Shown piece after piece: positions 20,092-28,621 of a DNA stretch of 64,000 nt (its first letter is position 1; each line of letters starts with the position of its first letter). Where the stretch lies: positions 3,680,001-3,744,000 of the forward strand of contig CBDDPY010000002.1 in assembly GCA_965232515.1 (NCBI GenBank), written 5' to 3'. A program made the translations under genes and the position numbers. The stretch comes from Alphaproteobacteria bacterium. GTDB lineage: Bacteria > Pseudomonadota > Alphaproteobacteria > GCA-2731375. The notes beneath the pieces were generated by a model, which saw nothing but the letters and a program-made list of their open reading frames with translations, did not search any database and was not told the origin of the DNA.

Positions 20092-21006
20092 CTATTCGGC
20101 GGCGACGGCGTGTTCCGCGGCCGCCGCCTCGAGCCGTCGGATCAGGCCCTGCGCCAGCTCGAGTCCGGCCAGCGACAGCGTGTCCTCGCCCCGGCTGACG
20201 ACGGCGATCGGAAAGCTCAGGTCCTGGGCCAGCGGCCGGCTGACGACGCCGCCCATGGCGCGGGCCACCTGCGCCGTGAACGGATCGACGACGGCGAGCG
20301 CGCCGGTGGCGCGGGCGATCGAGGCGACCGCGGGCACGGAATGGGAACTCAGCCGTGAACGGCGGCTCAGCCTGTCGGCCACATCGCCGTGCCGGCCGAA
20401 CGGATTGAGGAAGGAGCGCGGCAGGGTCACGAACTCTTCGTCGGCGACCTGATCGAGATCGAGCGGCCGCCGGTCCCCCGCCAGCGCATGCCCTTCCGGC
20501 ACCAGACAGACATAGGGCACGGCGGTTTCGTACAGCAGGTGCAGGCCGTCCAACGGGTGCAACGAACTCACCACCCCGACATCGGCCCGCTGCATCAGAA
20601 CGGCATCGATGATCGCCGTGTTGGTCCTGACTGTCACGGCGATCCTGAGGCTGTCCCGCGACCGGTGCAGGTCCCGCACCGCCATCATCAGGTCGCTGTG
20701 GGCGAAGACGGCGATCAGACCCAGGGTCAGTACGCCGTCCGCGGTGGTGCGAATCAGTTCGGCCGTCTCGCGCAGACGGTCGACGCCGATGAACATGCCT
20801 TCGACTGCTTCGTGAAAACGGCGCGCCTCGGGCGTGGCGACCAGGCCGCGCCCGGCGCGCGCGAACAGACGGAAGCCCACCGACGCCTCCAGATCGGCGA
20901 TCAACCGGCTGACGCTCGGCTGGGTGATGTACAGCAGCTTGGCGGCGCCCGTGATGGAACCGGTCCGCATGGTGGCCCGAAAGGCCTCGAGTTGACGTTG
21001 ATTCAC
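20092..21006 (-). CDS. LysR family regulator
   Basis: RQLEAF..GSITGAAKLLYITQPSVSRLIADLE HTH; divergent from the catabolic operon. Confidence 0.9.
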   Translation of the reverse strand: MNQRQLEAFRATMRTGSITGAAKLLYITQPSVSRLIADLEASVGFRLFARAGRGLVATPEARRFHEAVEGMFIGVDRLRETAELIRTTADGVLTLGLIAVFAHSDLMMAVRDLHRSRDSLRIAVTVRTNTAIIDAVLMQRADVGVVSSLHPLDGLHLLYETAVPYVCLVPEGHALAGDRRPLDLDQVADEEFVTLPRSFLNPFGRHGDVADRLSRRSRLSSHSVPAVASIARATGALAVVDPFTAQVARAMGGVVSRPLAQDLSFPIAVVSRGEDTLSLAGLELAQGLIRRLEAAAAEHAVAAE

Positions 21007-21036
21007 GACCCGCCCCGACGCCGATCATTCCTGATG

Positions 21037-21053
21037 CATAGGATTTAGCTATG
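21037..21053. promoter_or_regulatory. Candidate LysR box CATAG-N7-CTATG
   Basis: Dyad with T-N11-A spacing in the AT-rich divergent promoter region. Confidence 0.6.
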
Positions 21054-21179
21054 AATTAGCATAAATAACGAATTTGTTCTATGCAAAAGCCTTTGCTAGC
21101 GTCGAGACACCATGCAGTCTTCAACGCAGCATTGTGGCGGCGCGACCTGCGCCCTGCCGTTTCGGCGCGGCCTGCGGTG

Positions 21180-22439
21180 ATGTCGGCGGCGGACGGCCTG
21201 CACTGCATCGAAGATGCGCGCATCAGGGCCAAACGGCGGCTGCCGCGCATGATGTTCGACTTCATCGACGGCGCGGCCGGCGCCGAGATCGGCCACCGCC
21301 TCAATTGCAGCCACCTCGATCAGGTGCGCCTGCAGCCAAGCATATTGGTCAATGTCGAAGACCGGCGCCTTGGCCGCCCGTTCCTGGGGCATGACTGGGG
21401 CCTGCCGTTCGGGATCGCGCCGATGGGCATGTGCGACCTCGCCTGGCCGGGCGCCGACCGGTTGCTGGCCGCCGCCGCGGTCCGCCACGGCATCCCCCAC
21501 TGTCTGTCGACCGCCGCGTCCACCTCGCTGGAAGATGCGCGGCGGCTGGCCGGCGAGCATGCCTGGTTTCAGCTCTACGTCAAGGACACCGAAGACGCCG
21601 CCTTCGACCTGGTGCGGCGCGCCGAGCAGGCGGGCTACCGGCACCTGCTGCTGACCGTTGACGTGGCCAGCCTCGGCCCGCGCCGCCGCGAGCTTCGGCA
21701 TGGCTTCAAGGTGCCGTTCCGGCTCGGCGCCCGACAAGCCCTCGATTTCGCCCTCCACCCCCGCTGGTCGATCGAGACGCTGTGGCGCGGCGTTCCGACA
21801 TTCGCCAACTATCTGCCGCCGGACGACGGCAAGGGTGGCCGGCGCGGCCGGACCGACTTCGACCGCGGCAAACGCGGCGGCTGGATCGACTGGGCCTTCC
21901 TCGACAGGCTGCGCCGGCGCTGGCCGAACAAATTGATCGTCAAGGGCGTGCTGTCGCCGGACGAGGCCGTGCGGATCAGGGATGCCGGCGCCGATGCCGT
22001 CTACGTCTCCAACCATGGCGGCCGTCAACTCGACAGCGCGCCGGCCGCCATCGGCGCCCTGCCGCTGATCCGGCGGGCCGTGGGCGATGCCTATCCGCTC
22101 ATCTTCGATGGCGGCGTCCGCTGCGGCGAGGGCGTCGTCAAGGCCCTGGCGCTCGGCGCCGACTTCGTCATGCTCGGCCGTCCCTTTCTCTACGCCTTGG
22201 GCGCGGCCGGCGAGCAGGGGTTGGCGAAGATCATCCAGCTGCTCGCCGACGAGATCAGCCATACGCTGGCCCTGATTGGCCGGCCCGATGTCGCCGATAT
22301 CGACGGCGGCGTGATCGCCGCGCCGGCGATGGACCCGGTCCCGATGCGCCCGTTTCGGGGACCAGAGCGAACACCGTCGCCCGAAAAGCCCGTCGAACAT
22401 CGACAGCCAACGCCCGTGGCCCAGGGGAGCAAGCAATGA
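21180..22439 (+). CDS. FMN-dependent alpha-hydroxy acid oxidase/dehydrogenase
   Basis: WFQLY, LTVD, IVKG, SNHGGRQLD, DGGVR, GRP motifs; start uncertain (21081 or 21180). Confidence 0.9.
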   Translation: MSAADGLHCIEDARIRAKRRLPRMMFDFIDGAAGAEIGHRLNCSHLDQVRLQPSILVNVEDRRLGRPFLGHDWGLPFGIAPMGMCDLAWPGADRLLAAAAVRHGIPHCLSTAASTSLEDARRLAGEHAWFQLYVKDTEDAAFDLVRRAEQAGYRHLLLTVDVASLGPRRRELRHGFKVPFRLGARQALDFALHPRWSIETLWRGVPTFANYLPPDDGKGGRRGRTDFDRGKRGGWIDWAFLDRLRRRWPNKLIVKGVLSPDEAVRIRDAGADAVYVSNHGGRQLDSAPAAIGALPLIRRAVGDAYPLIFDGGVRCGEGVVKALALGADFVMLGRPFLYALGAAGEQGLAKIIQLLADEISHTLALIGRPDVADIDGGVIAAPAMDPVPMRPFRGPERTPSPEKPVEHRQPTPVAQGSKQ

Positions 22440-24157
22440 AAGTACGTGGCGGAACGATCCTGGCCCGCGCGCTGCGCGAAAAAGGCATCAAACAGGTCTT
22501 CACGCTCAGCGGCGGTTTCTGCAACCCCGCGCTCGAGGGCTTCATGACCTGCCAGATTCCGGTCATCAATTCGCCGCACGAGCAGGTCGCCGGCCATCTC
22601 GCCGACGGCTATACCCGGGTCACGCGCGAGCCGGCCGTCTGCCTGGTCGGACCCGAGGGTTTCGCCAACGCCTTACCGGCGGTCATGGAGGCCTATGGCG
22701 AGCGCTCGCCGGTCATCTTCATCACCGGTTCCAGCACACTGAAACGCAAGGGCAGCGGCGGCTTCAAGGAGATCGACGACGTCGCCATGGCGGCGCCCGT
22801 GACCAAGTACAGCGCCATGGTCACCGACGGCGACCGCATCTCCGAGTTCGTCGACCGTGCCTACAAGATCGCCACCGGCGGCTATCCCGGGCCGGTGCAC
22901 TTGAGCGTGCCCGTCGACATCATGTTCAGCTCTTTTGAGGAGGACGCCGGGCTGGCGGAACGGCCCTTCGACCGCACGCCGAAGCAGCCGCCGCGAGCCT
23001 GGCCCTGCCCCGACGACCTCGAAACCGTGCTCGAGTTATTGGCGAACGCCGACCGCCCCATGCTGATCGGCGGGCACGGCGTCTGGTGGTCGGGCGCCGA
23101 ACGCAAGCTCGAGGCCGTCGGCCGCGCCCTGAACATTCCGGTGTTCAACGTCCCCTATCACCAGAAGCTGCTGGGGGAGGACAGCGAGGCCTATATGGGT
23201 CTGGCCGACATCCATCAATATCCACCCGCGAAATTCGCGCTCGAGGCGTCCGATGTCGTGGTCCTCGTCGGCGGGCGGCTCGACAACCAGATGAACTTCG
23301 GCAACCCGCCGCTGTTTCCGCGCTCGACCCGGCTGGTCTGCGTCAATGGCTCGCACGAGGAAATCGAGCTCAACCGCGCCGCGGACCTGACGCTGCTCAG
23401 CGATCCCGGCGCCTTCTTCGACGCCGTCATGGACTTGCGCGACGGCGGCCAGTGGCGACTCGGCCGCGCGTGGTTCGAGACAAATCGCGACAAGCGCCGG
23501 CAATGGGTCGAGGAGACCCTGAACGGACTCGCGACGCCTGACCGGCCCGGTGAGAAGATGCATCCGCTGCAGCTGTCGCTGGACGTGCAGGCGGTGCTGG
23601 GTGAAGCCGACTGGCTCGTGTTTGACGGCGGCAACACGCATTTCTGGTCCGAGATCGCGGTCAACGTCGCCGGCTACCAGGGCAGGAAACTGCGCCGCAT
23701 CATGCATCCCGGCTCGTTCAGCCTGCTGGGCGTCGGCGTGTCGCTGGCGCTAGCCGCCAAGCTGACGCATCCCGAGGACAACGTCGTGCTGATCAGCGGC
23801 GACGGTGCCTTCCTCTCCGGCGGCCTCAGCATCGAGGCCGCCTTCCAGGAGCGCGCGCCGATCACGGTTGTTATCGACAACAATGGCGGTCTGGACTGCA
23901 TCTCGCAGCAGCAGGAGCGCCTGTTCGACAGCGGTCAGCACTTCGCCACCGACTTCCGCGACATCCCCTTCCACGGCATGTTCGAAGGCTTGGGCGGCCA
24001 CGGCGAACTGGTCGAGCACCGCGATCAGCTCGCGCCGGCGCTCAAGCGCGCGATGGCCAGCGGCAAGACCGCCTGCCTGAACGTCAAGACCCGGGGCGAG
24101 ATCAGCCCGATCGTTCTGGCGACCACCAACAAGCGCGACAAGGCGTCGATCGAATAG
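22436..24157 (+). CDS. Thiamine diphosphate-dependent enzyme (acetolactate synthase / 2-hydroxyacyl-CoA lyase superfamily)
   Basis: HEQ catalytic Glu, GPVHLS, GDG-X24-NN cofactor motif; ATGA overlap at 22436. Confidence 0.9.
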   Translation: MKVRGGTILARALREKGIKQVFTLSGGFCNPALEGFMTCQIPVINSPHEQVAGHLADGYTRVTREPAVCLVGPEGFANALPAVMEAYGERSPVIFITGSSTLKRKGSGGFKEIDDVAMAAPVTKYSAMVTDGDRISEFVDRAYKIATGGYPGPVHLSVPVDIMFSSFEEDAGLAERPFDRTPKQPPRAWPCPDDLETVLELLANADRPMLIGGHGVWWSGAERKLEAVGRALNIPVFNVPYHQKLLGEDSEAYMGLADIHQYPPAKFALEASDVVVLVGGRLDNQMNFGNPPLFPRSTRLVCVNGSHEEIELNRAADLTLLSDPGAFFDAVMDLRDGGQWRLGRAWFETNRDKRRQWVEETLNGLATPDRPGEKMHPLQLSLDVQAVLGEADWLVFDGGNTHFWSEIAVNVAGYQGRKLRRIMHPGSFSLLGVGVSLALAAKLTHPEDNVVLISGDGAFLSGGLSIEAAFQERAPITVVIDNNGGLDCISQQQERLFDSGQHFATDFRDIPFHGMFEGLGGHGELVEHRDQLAPALKRAMASGKTACLNVKTRGEISPIVLATTNKRDKASIE

Positions 24158-24226
24158 GGAGACGGCCATGGCAACGGCATGCATCGCCCATCCGCCGACG
24201 TCGCTGCGCGAATCGGAGAAAGACCC

Positions 24227-24583
24227 ATGGCGGTAGTTTCGTCACACGTTCTCGACGCGGTCACGGGCGCCCATGCGGGCGAGGTCCGCGTGGAATGCCG
24301 GCGCCTTGCGGCCGACGGCACCCGGCAGACGATCTTCGACGTGCACAGCGGCCAGGACGGCCGCATCAGCGAGACCGTGGACCTGGATGTCGGCGAACCG
24401 GCGGACGTTTTCGAACTGGTGTTCTACAGCGGCGAATATTTCGCCCGTCAGCAGCTCCCGACAGCGGATCGCCAACCCGTACGCCGCGTCGTGATCCGCC
24501 TGGCGATGCCGGATCCGGAGGCCCGCTACCACGTCCCGGTCATCGTCTCGCCGCACGGCTACTCGGTGTGGTGGTCGGGCTAA
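24227..24583 (+). CDS. Transthyretin-like protein (hydroxyisourate hydrolase family, non-canonical C-terminus)
   Basis: SSHVLD, DGR, YHVP..SP.GYS motifs; ends WWSG instead of YRGS. Confidence 0.8.
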   Translation: MAVVSSHVLDAVTGAHAGEVRVECRRLAADGTRQTIFDVHSGQDGRISETVDLDVGEPADVFELVFYSGEYFARQQLPTADRQPVRRVVIRLAMPDPEARYHVPVIVSPHGYSVWWSG

Positions 24584-24661
24584 GGCCGCCGGCCGGCGGC
24601 AGACAACAACGAGGCGGCGCGCAACGACGACCCGCCCGATAAGTCGACAGGAGGAAGCGAC

Positions 24662-25603
24662 ATGAGAATTCTCTATGCACTCTTTATCGGTCTGTTTGTC
24701 CTGCCCGCGTTTGCGACCGCGGGCGACTTTCCCGAGAAGAACCTGGTCTATCAGATCACCTTCGCGCCGGGCGGCGGTTCGGACATCCGGGCCCGCCAGC
24801 AGCAGCCGTTTCTGGAAGACGCCTTCGGCGTCAAGGTGCTGATCCAGTACAAACCCGGCGGCGGCGGCTCGCTCGGCTGGTCGAACCTGGTCAAGCAGAA
24901 AGCCGACGGCTATTTCATGTCGGGCATCAACATTCCGCACATCGTCCTGCAGCCGCTGGCGCGCAAGAACGCCGGCTATCAGACCGAGCAGATCCAGCCG
25001 GTGATCCTGTTCCAGCAGATCCCGTTCGGACTGACCGTGCTCGCGGATTCGCCGTTCCAGACGCTGGAGGACCTGGTGACGTTCGCGAAGAAAAATCCGG
25101 GCAAGGTCACCGTCGGCGGCTCGGGAAGCTGGGACGCGACCCATATCGCGCACCTGCAGTTCGAGCAGATGGCCGGCGTCAAGATGACTTACATACCGCA
25201 CAAGGGCGGCAAGCCGAAGCAGACCTCCCTGCTGGGCGGCCACACCATGGTCAGCTGGTTCGGCACCAGCGAATGGCTGCCCCATGGCGACAAGGTCCGC
25301 AATCTCGCGGTCGCCTCGGCCGAGCCCGTGCCGACCAATCCGGACCTGCCGACGTTCCGCTCCAAGGGCTATGACCTGCTGTCGTCCGTCTATCACGGCG
25401 TCGGCGTGCCCGCCGGCACGCCACCGGACGCCGTCGAGGCCTTGCAGAACGTCTTCCTGAAGATCGCCAACGACCCGGCGGTCCGAAAGCGCAAGCTGGC
25501 CGACGGCATCATCCCCATCGCCATGCCCGCCGCCGATGCGAAGACCCTGATCGAGGATCGCGTAACGGCCTGGAAACCGATCGTCGAGCAGTTCGCGAAC
25601 TAG
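24662..25603 (+). CDS. tctC: Tripartite tricarboxylate transporter substrate-binding protein
   Basis: Signal peptide; FAPGGGSD, KPGGGG, ADGY, PAGTP motifs. Confidence 0.85.
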   Translation: MRILYALFIGLFVLPAFATAGDFPEKNLVYQITFAPGGGSDIRARQQQPFLEDAFGVKVLIQYKPGGGGSLGWSNLVKQKADGYFMSGINIPHIVLQPLARKNAGYQTEQIQPVILFQQIPFGLTVLADSPFQTLEDLVTFAKKNPGKVTVGGSGSWDATHIAHLQFEQMAGVKMTYIPHKGGKPKQTSLLGGHTMVSWFGTSEWLPHGDKVRNLAVASAEPVPTNPDLPTFRSKGYDLLSSVYHGVGVPAGTPPDAVEALQNVFLKIANDPAVRKRKLADGIIPIAMPAADAKTLIEDRVTAWKPIVEQFAN

Positions 25604-25615
25604 GCGATCAGCTGT

Positions 25616-25647
25616 GATGACGGCCGGCAAAAAGACCGGTCGTCATC
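25616..25647 (+). terminator. Stem-loop after tctC (mRNA stabiliser or partial terminator)
   Basis: GATGACGGCCGG / CCGGTCGTCATC arms; no U tract. Confidence 0.45.
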
Positions 25648-25711
25648 GCCAGCCCCGCCATCGGAGCGCACATGCGAGACCTCCGGCATCCACCCGGCCC
25701 GGAACTGGATT

Positions 25712-25760
25712 CCCCTCTCCCTTTCAGGGATTGGACGTCTGCGTCCAATTGCTGGGAGGG
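25712..25760. repeat. Degenerate copy of the 13414-13490 repeat with the TTGGACG..CGTCCAA palindrome
   Basis: CCCCTCTCCC-N-GGG-ATTGGACGTCTGCGTCCAAT..TGGGAGGG. Confidence 0.65.
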
Positions 25761-25832
25761 CGTGTCTGATACGAAGCTGTTGCGCGGCCGAATTGCTGAG
25801 GCGCACGGCTCGTCCGAACGCGGCGATACGGC

Positions 25833-27812
25833 ATGACCCCCGGCCTCATCGACGGCGCGCTGCAGGCGATTGCGCTGCACCATCTGCTGTTGCTGTTTCT
25901 CGGCGCGGCGCTGGGCATTGTCTTCGGCGCGATCCCGGGTCTGACCGCGACCATGGGGCTGGCGTTGCTGGTGCCGTTCACCTTTACCATGGAGCCGGCC
26001 GCCGGGCTGCTGATGTTGGCCGGCATCTATGTCGGCGCCATGTATGGCGATGCCGTCCCGGCGATCCTCATCAACACGCCGGGAACCCCGGCCGCGATCG
26101 CCACAACGTTCGACGGCTATCCGCTCGCCCAGAAGGGCATGGCGCAGCACGCGCTGGTGACGGCCGCCTTCGCCTCCTGCATCGGCAGCCTTGTCGCGAA
26201 CGTCGTGCTGGCGACATCGGCGGAGCCGCTCGCTGACATGGCCCTCAAGTTCGGGCCGGCGGAATATTTCTGGCTCGGCGTCTTCGGCCTCACCATCATA
26301 TCGGTGCTCTCCAGCGGCAGCCTGCTGAAGGGTTTCGTCGCCGGCGCCATCGGTCTCCTGTTCTCGACCGTCGGCATGGCGACGCTGTCGGGCGACGTGC
26401 GTCTGACCTTCGATTTTCCCGAGCTTCAGGGCGGGATCGGCCTCGCCGGCGCGCTGATCGGTTTCTTCTGCCTGCCTGAAATTCTGTCGAACGTGATTGG
26501 CGGCCGTCGCGAGCATGTCTCGGCCAAACGCGTGCGGCCGAGCGCGGCGGTGATCGTCGACACCGTCGTCGACCTGGTCCGCCGCCCGGTCCTGCTCCTG
26601 CGATCGTCGATTATCGGCCTGGTGGTCGGGATCGCGCCCGGCGCCGGCGGCAACATCGCCAGCATGGTCTCCTACAGCGAGGCCACACGCTGGGAACCCG
26701 ACAACGAGGAGTTCGGCAAGGGCACGATCCGCGGCGTCGCGGCATCGGAAGCGGCCAACAGCGCCATGGCGCCGGGGTCCCTGATCCCGCTGCTCACGCT
26801 CGGTATCCCCGGATCGCCGCCGGCCGCGATCATCCTCGGCGCCCTGCTGCTACATGGCATGAAACCCGGCACCGAGCTGTTCTCCGCCCATGCCTCGGCC
26901 ACCTACGCCTTTATCGTCGGGCTGGCCATCGCGGCCGTCGCCGTGCTGGTTCTGGGCGTGCTCGGGTCGTTCGTCTACGCGCGGATCGTCAACATTTCCT
27001 CGCGTTCGCTGGCGCCGGCCATCCTGCTGATGACGGTGCTCGGCTCGTTCGCCATCCGTAACAACATGCTCGATGTCTGGGTGATGTTGCTGTTCGGCGC
27101 GCTGGGTTTCATCCTCAGCCGTCTGAACTACCATCCGGCGCCGCTGGTACTCGGTTTCATCCTGGGCCCCTATATCGAGGACGGCATCGTCCAGTCGACG
27201 ATGATCGGCGGCGCGTCGGGCAGCGTGCTGGCCTATATGGCGCTCCGGCCGATCAGCATGGTCTTGATCGCGCTGTGCCTGATTTCTGCGCTCTGGCCGA
27301 TCGTCGCCCGTCGGCTCAAGGCCGCCGAAGAACAGCCCGCCCCGGCATCCGGGCCGGCGCCGCGCGCCGGCGTCAACGCCGACCTGATCGTCGGCCTGGC
27401 GACGCTGGCGGTGGCCGCGATCGCCTACCTCAACACCCGCGACCTCAGCCACTTCGGCGGCCTGTTCGTCGATTTCTGCGCGACCGCGCTGGCCGTGCTC
27501 GGCCTTCTGACGACCGCCAAGAGCTGGCTGAAGCCCGAGCATGCACGGTTCTTTGCATCGGCCGCGGAAGGCCGCCGCGTGCTCGCCGGCATCGGCATTC
27601 TGGCGCTCTATTTGCTGCTGATCCCCTATGCCGGCTTCCTGCTGGCGAGCGTGTGCTTCTACTTCGTCATGCACACATCGCTGCGCCCGGAGCCCGACGC
27701 GGCCGGCGCGCTCGCCGCCAGCGCCGGCCTCGCGCTCGCGGTGACGGCGTCCCTATACCTGCTCTTCCAACACCTCCTCGGCGTCCCCCTGCCGCCTGGA
27801 ATTTGGGGCTGA
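25833..27812 (+). CDS. tctA: Tripartite tricarboxylate transporter permease, TctA with fused C-terminal TctB-like domain
   Basis: GAIPGL, INTPGTP, EAANSA, LTLGIPG; then a Pro/Ala linker and four further helices ending FQHLLGVPLPPG as in TctB. Confidence 0.85.
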   Translation: MTPGLIDGALQAIALHHLLLLFLGAALGIVFGAIPGLTATMGLALLVPFTFTMEPAAGLLMLAGIYVGAMYGDAVPAILINTPGTPAAIATTFDGYPLAQKGMAQHALVTAAFASCIGSLVANVVLATSAEPLADMALKFGPAEYFWLGVFGLTIISVLSSGSLLKGFVAGAIGLLFSTVGMATLSGDVRLTFDFPELQGGIGLAGALIGFFCLPEILSNVIGGRREHVSAKRVRPSAAVIVDTVVDLVRRPVLLLRSSIIGLVVGIAPGAGGNIASMVSYSEATRWEPDNEEFGKGTIRGVAASEAANSAMAPGSLIPLLTLGIPGSPPAAIILGALLLHGMKPGTELFSAHASATYAFIVGLAIAAVAVLVLGVLGSFVYARIVNISSRSLAPAILLMTVLGSFAIRNNMLDVWVMLLFGALGFILSRLNYHPAPLVLGFILGPYIEDGIVQSTMIGGASGSVLAYMALRPISMVLIALCLISALWPIVARRLKAAEEQPAPASGPAPRAGVNADLIVGLATLAVAAIAYLNTRDLSHFGGLFVDFCATALAVLGLLTTAKSWLKPEHARFFASAAEGRRVLAGIGILALYLLLIPYAGFLLASVCFYFVMHTSLRPEPDAAGALAASAGLALAVTASLYLLFQHLLGVPLPPGIWG

Positions 27813-27818
27813 ACCGCT

Positions 27819-28616
27819 AATTCCGGTGACAGTAACCGTAATTATCGCCGACCGGTGCGGCGCTTGGTCTTTGCCGCCGGCTTTTTCTTCGCCTTGGGCG
27901 CCTGCTTCGGTTTCGGGCCGGGCTTGCCGCGGACGAACGAGCGGTCGAACCGCCGTTCCAGACGCCGGACGAAGGCCGTGGCGCCGAACGGCCGACCGGT
28001 GCGCGTGCCCATGCGGATCGCCTCGACCGCGTCGTCGTCCGACGGCTCGGCGAGATAAGCGGGCCAGTCCGGCACCATCTCCAAGAGCGGCGCGACGCGC
28101 ACCAGCTCGTCGTCCCGGCCGGCGAGATGCGCGCGCGCGCTCGACCACTTCCAGTCCCGCGCCCGGCGTTTCAGGCGCGCACGCACCGGATTGACCTCGA
28201 CATAGCGGGCGCAGGCGAGCGTGTGCGCCTCATCCATGGGCACGGAATAGAACCGGTCCTGCCAGAGATGCCCCTGCCAACCCTCTCGCCCGTTGATGTG
28301 CCGCGTATAGCGGCGGTGCGTCTCGCCCAGCGCGGCGCGCAGGCCGTCCGCATCGGACGGCACCAGGACCAGGTGCACGTGGTTCGGCATCAGGCAATAG
28401 GCCCAGACCTCGACGCCGACCTCTTCGCAACGCTCGGCCAGCAGTGCGCGATAGAGCGCGTAGTCGTCGTCGTCGAAAAACGTCTCCAGCCCGCGGTTGC
28501 CCCGCTGGGTCACATGGTGCGGATATCCCGGCACCACCACGCGCGCGATTCGAGCCATGCGGTCATGCTGGCACGCCGCATCGAGCCCGTCAATTAAGTA
28601 TACCGTCCCCGCAATC
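27819..28616 (-). mobile_element. RAYT/TIRYT-type unit: HUH Y1 nuclease gene bounded by 25-bp imperfect inverted repeats
   Basis: Left AATTCCGGTGACAGTAACCGTAATT (27819-27843); right repeat 28592-28616 reads GATTGCGGGGACGGTATACTTAATT on the minus strand; no target duplication visible. Confidence 0.75.
27842..28558 (-). CDS. REP-associated tyrosine transposase (Y1_Tnp, HUH superfamily)
   Basis: HHVTQRGN, YCLMPNHVHL (HUH), GHLWQDRF, RYVEVNPVRA (catalytic Tyr), WSS; Lys-rich tail. Confidence 0.9.
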   Translation of the reverse strand: MARIARVVVPGYPHHVTQRGNRGLETFFDDDDYALYRALLAERCEEVGVEVWAYCLMPNHVHLVLVPSDADGLRAALGETHRRYTRHINGREGWQGHLWQDRFYSVPMDEAHTLACARYVEVNPVRARLKRRARDWKWSSARAHLAGRDDELVRVAPLLEMVPDWPAYLAEPSDDDAVEAIRMGTRTGRPFGATAFVRRLERRFDRSFVRGKPGPKPKQAPKAKKKPAAKTKRRTGRR

Positions 28617-28621
28617 CAGCT

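Noticed and set aside
24227-24583. Calling the gene uraH within a purine degradation operon
   Set aside because: YRGS signature absent and no uricase, OHCU decarboxylase or allantoinase alongside
27842-28558. IS200/IS605 insertion sequence
   Set aside because: No tnpB and no subterminal IS200-type hairpins seen; the motifs (QRGN, NPVRA, WSS) and length fit RAYT-type proteins
16265-28616. The 25-bp repeats as CRISPR repeats or as ends of a 12-kb composite transposon
   Set aside because: No regularly spaced array, spacers or cas genes; the 16265 copy is a self-contained doublet; no target duplication supports a composite element
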